Source: a virus (taxonomy: Duplodnaviria > Caudoviricetes). Taken from it: a DNA stretch of 64,000 nt. The stretch is taken from the IMG/VR virus record IMGVR_UViG_3300046615_000451, positions 19,357-83,356 of that record. One strand, written 5' to 3'. The notes beneath the pieces were generated by a model. The model saw only the letters and a program-made list of their open reading frames with translations. It was not told the DNA's origin and searched no databases. Position numbers and translations under genes: made by a program. Positions within the stretch are counted from its first letter, which is position 1; each line of letters opens with the position of its first letter. Below, in pieces: positions 47,473 to 54,832 of this stretch.

Positions 47473-48252
47473 ATGAACAAACCGTTAAACGGCAGTTTCG
47501 ACCAGATCAAAGACGGATTTGGCCACTACCTGCAACGCTGGCGTGACGGCCTTTACGCGGACTACGCCGACACCAAGGCGGTAAAAGCGTTCATGGCCAA
47601 GCCGTTCGCGGAGGCCGTCAAGTGGGCGGCCGGGCGCATGGTCGACGATGCCGAGGCCATGTTGGCGGCGTACCAGAAGAACAAAAACGGTCCGCCCGGT
47701 AAAACCACGCTGTTTCCGGTGCTGCTGCTCGCCATGGATGAGAATTTTGTCGGTACCGGCGCCGATTGGGGTGGCGATCAGATTGGCCGCACCATGCAAC
47801 AAATCGAAGAGGGCGGATCCTGGTACGGGCATAAGCACGTTATGCAGGATCGGCGCCTACAGATGGTGATCATCGCCAGCGAAGGTGGATCGGCGCAGAG
47901 CCTGGCCGCGCAGCTGTCGTCGTTCATCAAAGAGCCGTCTAACCGCTATTTCAATGCCGTGTACCAGTTCGGCCAGTACAACGTGCCGGTGCCACAGACA
48001 CTGGAATCGGTGCGAATCGACTGGATGGAGGTCAAGCAGGATGAGAAGAATATCAAGATCCTGGTGGCCGACCTGACGCTCAAGTGTACGATCCCGTTCT
48101 TCGATGCCCCGGCCGAGGGTGCGCCCAATGACGGCTCCGACAAGGTTCCGCCAGGCTATCCAGTTGTCAGTGTGGTGGCGCACGCCAACATCTCTACCCC
48201 AACCGGATCGACGACCACGGAAGCCGGCACGGTGTGGGGCACGCCGCAGTGA
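47473..48252 (+). CDS. Tail completion/stability protein (P1 gp24-like)
   Basis: Synteny with hub and spike genes. Confidence 0.45.
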   Translation: MNKPLNGSFDQIKDGFGHYLQRWRDGLYADYADTKAVKAFMAKPFAEAVKWAAGRMVDDAEAMLAAYQKNKNGPPGKTTLFPVLLLAMDENFVGTGADWGGDQIGRTMQQIEEGGSWYGHKHVMQDRRLQMVIIASEGGSAQSLAAQLSSFIKEPSNRYFNAVYQFGQYNVPVPQTLESVRIDWMEVKQDEKNIKILVADLTLKCTIPFFDAPAEGAPNDGSDKVPPGYPVVSVVAHANISTPTGSTTTEAGTVWGTPQ

Positions 48253-49148
48253 ACGTCTACCTGCGCGAGGGGGGCGACCAGCTCCCCACCGACGTGATAC
48301 TCAAGTGGGTGGGGCGCTCTGACCTGACGCCTACCCTGCGCTCGCTTGAGTTCACGGTGAAGCTGATCGATGGCGTCCAGGACAAGCTCAAGGTCGGCGC
48401 CTCGGTATGGGCCGGGCGGGAAAACCTGCGCTATGAAATCGTCAAAACCGACCGGGCGCAGCCGATTGGCCAGGTGCAGGGCAAGAATCAGCAGCAGGCC
48501 ATGAAAGTGACCGCGTTGCTGCACCGCTGCGCCTCAGTCGCGCGCCCGCTCAATAACGCGGTGATCCTGACCAAGACCACGCTCGGTGCGATCTACCGGG
48601 CGTGTGGGGCGTTCATGCCGGTGGCCAGCGACTTCGCGGTACCGCGCTTTACCTGTTTCAAGGGCCACCAGCCCAGCTATCCGTTGGCGCAGGCGCTCCA
48701 GGAGGAAGGCGCGGCGCTGGTGCTCAGGAATGGCAGCATTACCGCCATGCGCCTGACTGACATGGTCAAGCAGAACGCCATGGCGGATATCGGCCAGGTG
48801 GACAGTAGCGCCAAGATCGAAAGCGAATTTCTGCAACTCCAGGATATCCCGTCGTTCTACTCGGTCGACGACAGCGCCGCCATTGTCCTGGGGCAGATGG
48901 GCCAGGCCCGCCGCGTGTCCTTCATGGCCCGCGCCGACGAACGCCAGCTGAGGAACGCCAGTTGTGTCCTGGTGCGCAGCAAGACGGTAGACAGCACCAT
49001 TTGCCAGCAATACCAGGCCGGTGACGTGCTACGGGTGGCGGGCGAGAACCTGGTGATCATCACCGCCGCGCACGCCTTTGAAAACCTTGAGGGGGCGCAG
49101 GAAAGCCGCAGCCGCCTATGGCTCGGGAAGCTGATCAATGCCCAGTAA
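48249..49148 (+). CDS. Baseplate hub protein (gpD/gp27-like; P1 gp6-like)
   Basis: Precedes the spike; start moved to GTG 48249. Confidence 0.55.
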   Translation: MNVYLREGGDQLPTDVILKWVGRSDLTPTLRSLEFTVKLIDGVQDKLKVGASVWAGRENLRYEIVKTDRAQPIGQVQGKNQQQAMKVTALLHRCASVARPLNNAVILTKTTLGAIYRACGAFMPVASDFAVPRFTCFKGHQPSYPLAQALQEEGAALVLRNGSITAMRLTDMVKQNAMADIGQVDSSAKIESEFLQLQDIPSFYSVDDSAAIVLGQMGQARRVSFMARADERQLRNASCVLVRSKTVDSTICQQYQAGDVLRVAGENLVIITAAHAFENLEGAQESRSRLWLGKLINAQ

Positions 49149-49698
49149 CAAACATCCAGGATTCATCCGCATAGTGGATCGGGAACGCCGGGAGGTGCGC
49201 GTAGAGATACCACCTTTCACCGACGGGGCCAGCGAGCTGCCTATCGCTGAAATCGAATACCCGATTGGTGATGACTCGCAAAACACCGAGATTCGTCTGG
49301 TCGTGGGGCGCGGAGTGTGGATTGAGTTCATCGCGGGCGATCCGCGCCGACCGCTCATCACCGGCTATCGCAACCCGAACACGGGCAACGTGATCGGCAC
49401 GCGCTGCTGGAACCATGACAACTTTGAAATCAACGCTGACGAAGTTTTCACCGTAAACGCAGGGGCAAAAATCGCCCTGATCGTTGGCGGTACGTCCATC
49501 ATCTTGACGCCTGAGTCCATCGCGCAGCTCGCTACGGCACTGAGCATCAAAGCGACGACGACCATTGAAGGCGCGACAACCATTAAAGGAGCCGTAACGC
49601 AGACCGGTGGCGATATCACCAGCGACGGTATCAGCGTGCAGCACCACAAGCACCCTACCGCAGCACTTGGCCCACCAAGCGAGCCGAGTCCGTCGTAA
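49138..49698 (+). CDS. Baseplate spike protein (gpV/Gp5-like)
   Basis: OB-fold VWIEFIAGDPRRPLITG; C-terminal ISVQHHKH metal-binding tip. Confidence 0.85.
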   Translation: MPSNKHPGFIRIVDRERREVRVEIPPFTDGASELPIAEIEYPIGDDSQNTEIRLVVGRGVWIEFIAGDPRRPLITGYRNPNTGNVIGTRCWNHDNFEINADEVFTVNAGAKIALIVGGTSIILTPESIAQLATALSIKATTTIEGATTIKGAVTQTGGDITSDGISVQHHKHPTAALGPPSEPSPS

Positions 49699-49775
49699 CA
49701 GTGGCCGGGGGTTCGTTCATCGTATGAACACACCCCTGCTCATCCCTGTGAGATAGCGAACATCCTGGTTAGCCG

Positions 49776-50804
49776 TTATTTCAGGTGATCAAGTGACTTG
49801 CGGTAAACCATGCGCAGCTGTGGCCCGCGCTGGCCAGGTTCTTCGGATAGATCGTATTCGGGCACGTCGTTCTCCTTGATCACCTTGCGCAGGCTTCTGG
49901 AGAATTCTTTGAACGTGGTGTCGCTCCCGCTGCGCTGGTAGATCAGGTCAAACCCCCAGGTGGACATGTCCTTGCCGGCGGCCTTGCGTGCGAGCCGGTA
50001 GATAAAGCGGCTGTAGCCCGATTCACTCTCAAAGTACTCAGGGTGTACCGCCAAGATGTCCGGTTTCACGCTGCCGGTAATTTCTTTATAGAGCCAGTCC
50101 GCCACCTTGAATTCGATGTATTCGATATTGCCGTTTTTGGCGTTCGCGATGGTGCGGTAAGGCCCTATCAGGTTCTCGCCTTCGTCGGTAACCACCATGC
50201 GATCCTTGATCATCCGGGTGCGCTGAATCTTGACGTGCGTGGTGCTCAGTCGCTCAAGGGCGCCCACTACCGCCGCGCGCTGATTGCCCCCTTCGGTCTT
50301 TTTGGTGAATTTGATCACGTCACCAATGTGCGGGCGAAACAGCTGTAATGGCTTCTCTCCGTCGCCCTTGCGAAAGCGGTTCATCGCTTCGGTCAGGTGT
50401 GAGGTAGCCATTAGCACCAGGTCATAATCGAACACCGAGGCCATTCCGTAGACGCCAGAAGAAACGATAACCTCGCCGTCAGGCAGCTCGTAACGAATAA
50501 CGTCGTTCTCGCGCTTTTTGGTTTTCGACAGGCGAAACGGGGCAACGTCCATCAGGCTGCGTATATCGCGTGTGCCGATGTCGTAAATCATCGGAACGAA
50601 AAAATCAGGCTGCTGTGGTTCCTTGCTGGCGGCCGTTGTGGACTTTGATACCGGTTTGGCTTTAGGTGCTTTTGCCACGGCCGGTTGCGGCTCGGTACCG
50701 CCAAGGAGGTCGCCCTGGCGATCTGACTTCTTTCGGCTCTTGATTACATCAAGGCGCCGATTGTGTTGATTAACAGGTTCCGCTGGGCTCTTGTTGGCTG
50801 ACAT
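49776..50804 (-). CDS. repA: Plasmid replication initiator, RPA family
   Basis: QPDFF...SLMDVAPFRLSK...GMASVFDYDLVL...ALERLSTT; start moved to ATG 50804. Confidence 0.88.
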   Translation of the reverse strand: MSANKSPAEPVNQHNRRLDVIKSRKKSDRQGDLLGGTEPQPAVAKAPKAKPVSKSTTAASKEPQQPDFFVPMIYDIGTRDIRSLMDVAPFRLSKTKKRENDVIRYELPDGEVIVSSGVYGMASVFDYDLVLMATSHLTEAMNRFRKGDGEKPLQLFRPHIGDVIKFTKKTEGGNQRAAVVGALERLSTTHVKIQRTRMIKDRMVVTDEGENLIGPYRTIANAKNGNIEYIEFKVADWLYKEITGSVKPDILAVHPEYFESESGYSRFIYRLARKAAGKDMSTWGFDLIYQRSGSDTTFKEFSRSLRKVIKENDVPEYDLSEEPGQRGPQLRMVYRKSLDHLK

Positions 50805-50856
50805 GATCGCTTCCGATGCTGTTTGCAAGTAAACAGGTGAACAGAGTGCTGGGGCG

Positions 50857-51059
50857 GGTGGGTGAATTACAAAATGCTGCAAATTAAAACCCTAGAAGCC
50901 TTGTCGGGCCTGCTCTATAAGGCGAAAAGACGGGGTAACTGATCGGTTTTTTGTAATTCACCCACCGAAACACGCCTTTTTAGTAATTCGCCCACCAAAG
51001 TGTGTAATTCACCCACCTTTCTTTGTAATTCACCCACCGTTTGTTGTAATTCACCCACC
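50857..51059. repeat. Iterons TGTAATTCACCCACC: direct copies at 50952, 50982, 51003, 51024, 51045 and an inverted copy at 50857-50871
   Basis: 15-mers with 30/21/21/21 bp spacing; one copy has 2 mismatches. Confidence 0.93.
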
Positions 51060-51185
51060 CATCCACAGGGTTGTTATGACGGTCTAGGCCAAGTGGGGCG
51101 CTGGCTCTAGCGCTTATCCACAATGGCCAAAACATAGATATAAAACCTTTTAAAACTTTTAATCTTATAGAGGGATAACTTTTGC
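51059..51185. other. Plasmid origin elements: DnaA box TTATCCACA (51114-51122), degenerate box (51059-51067), AT-rich region
   Basis: Consensus DnaA box adjacent to iterons; AT-rich 51128-51170. Confidence 0.8.
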
Positions 51186-51197
51186 CCTCCTTGGCGG

Positions 51198-51482
51198 TTA
51201 GGCTGCGCGCAATCGGGAAATCGCCGGCACGTCTTTGTGCTGGGCCTGCCAAAGGTCGTAAGCCGACTGGCGCCCGAGCCACGTATGCGCCTTGCCCAGC
51301 CCTGCCAGCTCTAGGCGCCAAGCGAGGTCGGCGCTAATCGCGGAGCGGCAGTGCAGCACGTTGGACAGTTGAACCCTGGAATAGCCAAGGTGTTTAGCCA
51401 GTGCGGTAACAGTCATTTTGATTTCTGGCAGCACGTCTGCGCGCAGCCCCTCGCCCGGATGGGGAGGATTGAGCATGGTCAT
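51198..51482 (-). CDS. higA: Orphan HigA-family addiction-module antitoxin
   Basis: NPPHPGE.LR...ALAKHLGYSR..LSNVL...ISADLAWRL...WL..Q..YDLW; GGAG SD; no toxin ORF adjacent. Confidence 0.85.
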   Translation of the reverse strand: MTMLNPPHPGEGLRADVLPEIKMTVTALAKHLGYSRVQLSNVLHCRSAISADLAWRLELAGLGKAHTWLGRQSAYDLWQAQHKDVPAISRLRAA

Positions 51483-51648
51483 TTGCCGCTCTCCTTTCGA
51501 ATGTCGCGGGCTTACTGTAAAGCCACGCTTTACACTGCGCAAGCAAATTATGTATGGCCTTGCTTTACAATCCTTACGCTAACGAGCAGGGCTGATCACT
51601 AGCGCGCACGGTTGAGCTAGGGGTAGTTCAGATTGATGGCTTTACCAC

Positions 51649-51689
51649 GCAAACCGCGCCGGTCCCTGCCCTTTTCGCTCCCTCACACT
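51649..51689 (+). promoter_or_regulatory. Putative late promoter (GCAAAC...CACACT) for hdf
   Basis: Conserved spacing. Confidence 0.65.
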
Positions 51690-51720
51690 GTCCCCCAGTA
51701 TTCAACCCATGGGGGCAGTC

Positions 51721-52758
51721 ATGCCAGCAACGAACAAACTCGACTTTTCCAATGCCCAGGCCGCTGCCAAGGCGCTCAAGAAAGTCAGTACGATCATGAT
51801 CCGCGCGGGCCAGCCCGTGGTTTCATCTGAATTCAACGACACGGCCAAACGTACCTCGGGCATCACGTACCGGGAGGCGTCTTTGACGGTGGCCAGCGGT
51901 CAAATGGTCGTGCTGCGCGTGAATGCGACCGGCGATATCTTCCAGGTGCTGCTCAACGGTGCCGTGCAGCCGTTGAAGAATCAGACCGATTCCGACAAGG
52001 CTGTGATGGAAATCGCCGCGTTGCTGGAAAAGGGTCAGGGGGCGTTCCAGAAGGCCCAGGCCCGCAAAGCGATTGCCTTGCCCAAGGGTATGAGCACACC
52101 GGCGCCGAAACAGGCGAAGGTCTACGCCGAGCGCGTGGCTCAGCTCGATACGCAGATTGCCGAGCGCCAGGCGACTGTGGCGGACCTACAGCAGCAGCTG
52201 GGGGCTATGACCGACAGCCTGGAGCCTTTGAGCACGGCCGAACAGGATGCAGCGGCTAAGGCGGCCATGTTGCTGGATGGTATCGACCAGCCTCAAGACG
52301 TAGAGCTGACCATGGCAGACGCCTACGTGGCTGCGCGTGAGATTGTCCAGGCTGATCCCGCGATGATGGATAGCATCGCTACCGCTGGCGCTATCGAACA
52401 GCTCAAGCAGGCGCTGAGCGTGGTCGAGACGAACGCACCGATCAATGAGGCCGAAGGCAATCTTGACCAGGCTAAGCTTGAGCGCAGCCTGGCCAAGTCC
52501 TTCATTACCGCCATTGCCATGCTGGATAGCGTTGACTCGGATATGGGCGATTCTGGTCTGTCTGAGCTGGTCAACATCGCGCTGGTGTCGGCGGCGGACG
52601 TGAGCGATATCAAAGACCAGAACGCGCTGGCGCAATTGCTGGCGCTGGGCCTGGTCGAGACGGCTGAGGGGCTTTACATGCTGACGAGCAAGGGCAAGGC
52701 GGCGTTAGAGGACGCGGGGTTTGACGCCTACGGTGAGCCCTTCGCCGCCGAGGATTAA
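51721..52758 (+). CDS. hdf: Hdf-like (DarA N-terminal domain) head protein with C-terminal extension
   Basis: GQMVVLRVNATGDIFQVLLNG matches the remembered P1 Hdf motif. Confidence 0.7.
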   Translation: MPATNKLDFSNAQAAAKALKKVSTIMIRAGQPVVSSEFNDTAKRTSGITYREASLTVASGQMVVLRVNATGDIFQVLLNGAVQPLKNQTDSDKAVMEIAALLEKGQGAFQKAQARKAIALPKGMSTPAPKQAKVYAERVAQLDTQIAERQATVADLQQQLGAMTDSLEPLSTAEQDAAAKAAMLLDGIDQPQDVELTMADAYVAAREIVQADPAMMDSIATAGAIEQLKQALSVVETNAPINEAEGNLDQAKLERSLAKSFITAIAMLDSVDSDMGDSGLSELVNIALVSAADVSDIKDQNALAQLLALGLVETAEGLYMLTSKGKAALEDAGFDAYGEPFAAED

Positions 52759-53237
52759 ACCGAGGTGATCTGATACAACCGGGCGATGTCGTCACTCATT
52801 CGCCCTAATGACTCGATACCGCGCTGGCGTGACATGAAATGCGCCAGTGCGAGTATCGCCACCTCCGCGTTACCGATATCCGCTGCCAGGCGGTATTTCT
52901 GCCCCTGTGTGTCCACTCCGTCCGTTTCGATTCGTGGTCGCCAGCGCGCCACGTCGTCAGCCAGCACGATGGTGTTCATCCCCTCCGCTTCCTTGTAGGC
53001 CGTGATCGCGTCCGCCAAGTGTTCCTCTTTGAACAGGCAGTCATAGTCCTTTAGCCGAAGGTTGGTCACAAAGGCAAAGCCCTTGTCTGCTTCCTCCCTA
53101 TACGTCACCTTGTCCAATATGACCAATACCCCGAGGGCGTTGTTTTTGAACGCCGAAAGTGTCACCGGCTCAGCGCCTGCGCCACCGTAGCCCCCGATTG
53201 ACACCATGATTCGCATTCCTGCCGGTGCGTCTGACAT
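52755..53237 (-). CDS. Hypothetical protein
   Basis: GAGG SD; fills the gap convergent to hdf. Confidence 0.55.
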   Translation of the reverse strand: MSDAPAGMRIMVSIGGYGGAGAEPVTLSAFKNNALGVLVILDKVTYREEADKGFAFVTNLRLKDYDCLFKEEHLADAITAYKEAEGMNTIVLADDVARWRPRIETDGVDTQGQKYRLAADIGNAEVAILALAHFMSRQRGIESLGRMSDDIARLYQITSV

Positions 53238-53247
53238 GTCATATCCT

Positions 53248-53273
53248 CAGATAAATACATAAAAATGATGTAT
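53248..53273. promoter_or_regulatory. 26-bp operator-like motif, copy 2
   Basis: 25/26 identical to 16243-16268; lies between divergent genes. Confidence 0.6.
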
Positions 53274-53353
53274 CGATAGTTGTAAGGTAAACAATCAACT
53301 GATAATGTCTTTTCTGTCGAGGCTTTCGACACGCCAGAGAAAGGAAAAGACCG

Positions 53354-53587
53354 ATGAGAGCTATAAATCTTAAGCGTCAACGCCAGGCCATTTGGGCCGG
53401 CTGTTTGCTAATGGTTGTGCTGTATCTGATTGTGGTCAGCCTGCTAGGTGGGAGCGATTACGATCAGGCCGTGGCGGATCATGAGTGGAAGTGCAAGATG
53501 ATCAGTGAGGGCGTTTGGCCCAAAGATCCGGCTACTCATTGCTCCGAGCCCCTTGAGACGCTGGCGCTCAACACCGTCAACCGGTAA
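53354..53587 (+). CDS. Small single-pass membrane protein
   Basis: One TM segment; C-terminal CKMISEGVWP...C. Confidence 0.55.
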   Translation: MRAINLKRQRQAIWAGCLLMVVLYLIVVSLLGGSDYDQAVADHEWKCKMISEGVWPKDPATHCSEPLETLALNTVNR

Positions 53588-53603
53588 CTCCGGTGCACAC
53601 CAC

Positions 53604-53628
53604 AAGCCCCGGCCTTCGGGGCTTTTTT
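53604..53628 (+). terminator. Rho-independent terminator
   Basis: AAGCCCC...GGGGCTTTTTT. Confidence 0.7.
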
Positions 53629-53640
53629 ACGCCTGAAATA

Positions 53641-53708
53641 ACACCATAGCGCATTAACGCCAAAGCACCATAGCGTGACAGCCCTATTGCGTTATAGCGC
53701 GATGGCGC
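53641..53708. promoter_or_regulatory. parH/OF-like centromere-operator: nine tetramer boxes at an exact 8-bp period
   Basis: ACAC cata GCGC atta ACGC caaa GCAC cata GCGT gaca GCCC tatt GCGT tata GCGC gatg GCGC, directly upstream of parA. Confidence 0.8.
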
Positions 53709-53747
53709 TAGAATCCAGCCCACTATCAATTGGGCGGAGCGCAAGAC

Positions 53748-54386
53748 ATGACAGTTATCGCGGTGATGAATCAGAAAGGTGGCGTCGGCAAAACCACCAC
53801 TTGCACTGGGCTGGCGGGCGCGCTGAATCAGTTCGGTCGTGACGTGGTGCTGGTCGACTCCGATCCGCAAGGCAGCTTGCAAGACTATGCGGGGGAGAAC
53901 GCCGAGCAGCCGGTAAAGATTTACGCCATTGAGCGCAATCAACTGGCGGCACAGATACCACGGCTGAAAAATGAAATAGTGATCATCGACGGCACCGCGA
54001 AGGCGGCCGACTTGGCCAAGAAGACGATTGCTGTGGCCGACATCATCATTATTCCGGTAACGCCCTCGCCGCTGGATGTGTGGGCAACCGGCGACATGGT
54101 GGCGATGATCCAAGATAGGATTGAAGAACAGCAAGCCGCTGGCGAGAAGCCCGTGCAGGCGTACTTTCTCGTGAATCGCGCTCTCGGCAACTCCAAGCTG
54201 AGCAAGAGCCTTGCCAAGACGCTGACCGGCTACGGCTTCCCAGTATTGCAATCGCGGCTTGTGTCCCGCACCGCGCACCCTAACTCCCAGCTATCCGGCC
54301 AAACCCCACTCGAAACCCAGCCGCATGGCCTGGCGGCGCGTGAGCTGCGCGCACTGCGTGACGAAGTGCTGGCGCTGCTGGCGTAG
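53748..54386 (+). CDS. parA: Type Ib partition ATPase (ParF-like)
   Basis: MNQKGGVGKTT, DSDPQGS, IIDG; short, no N-terminal HTH. Confidence 0.93.
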   Translation: MTVIAVMNQKGGVGKTTTCTGLAGALNQFGRDVVLVDSDPQGSLQDYAGENAEQPVKIYAIERNQLAAQIPRLKNEIVIIDGTAKAADLAKKTIAVADIIIIPVTPSPLDVWATGDMVAMIQDRIEEQQAAGEKPVQAYFLVNRALGNSKLSKSLAKTLTGYGFPVLQSRLVSRTAHPNSQLSGQTPLETQPHGLAARELRALRDEVLALLA

Positions 54387-54393
54387 TGAATAG

Positions 54394-54439
54394 ACGTTAA
54401 GGCGTTAGATGCACTATGATGCGCGAAACGCCGTAACGT
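54394..54439. promoter_or_regulatory. Degenerate parH-like box array (site E) between parA and the RHH gene
   Basis: ACGT taag GCGT taga...ACGC cgta ACGT. Confidence 0.45.
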
Positions 54440-54457
54440 TAATAAGGTGGGTGAGCC

Positions 54458-54706
54458 ATGGTAGAAATGAAGATCAAGACCCGCGAGCGCGCCGCAACTG
54501 AAAGCGTGGCCGACGCGGATGCAGTAGGCGGTCAGAGCGCCAAACCAGCGAACAAAGTGATCAAGCTTGGCGCCAAGGAACGTTTAAACAGCTACGTGAC
54601 TCCCGAGCAGAAGCGCAAGCTGCGTCTACTCGCTATCTCGCGCAACTGCTCTATTTCTGAAATCGTCGGGGTTCTGACCGACGAGGCAGAAGCGCCAGTG
54701 CTGTAG
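54458..54706 (+). CDS. Ribbon-helix-helix centromere-binding protein (ParG-like)
   Basis: Flexible N-terminus then RLNSYV-TPEQKRKLRLLAISR-NCSISEIV; follows ParF-like ATPase. Confidence 0.75.
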   Translation: MVEMKIKTRERAATESVADADAVGGQSAKPANKVIKLGAKERLNSYVTPEQKRKLRLLAISRNCSISEIVGVLTDEAEAPVL

Positions 54707-54724
54707 CAACAAAGGATTCACCCC

Positions 54725-54751
54725 AAGGGTGCCCACGCGGCGCCCTTTTTT
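54725..54751 (+). terminator. Rho-independent terminator
   Basis: AAGGGTGCC-CACGC-GGCGCCCTTTTTT. Confidence 0.7.
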
Positions 54752-54767
54752 GTGCCTGCGATTTGAC

Positions 54768-54808
54768 GCAAACCGCCGGCCGGGGCGGTGGAAATCGGGC
54801 GGTATCGT
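54768..54808 (+). promoter_or_regulatory. Putative late promoter (GCAAAC...TATCGT) for darA
   Basis: Conserved spacing; supports a start at 54833. Confidence 0.65.
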
Positions 54809-54832
54809 GGCTGCTTTCAGGGAGCGGCTTCT

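Noticed and set aside
50804-50882. N-terminal extension of RepA given in the track
   Set aside because: It runs through the inverted iteron/promoter region; ATG 50804 is the more plausible start.
50952-51059. Short repeat array as a CRISPR
   Set aside because: 15-bp repeats with 6-15 bp gaps beside repA and a DnaA box, and no cas genes: these are iterons.
50980-51321. 113-aa minus-strand ORF over the origin
   Set aside because: Its repetitive WVNY sequence is simply translated iterons.
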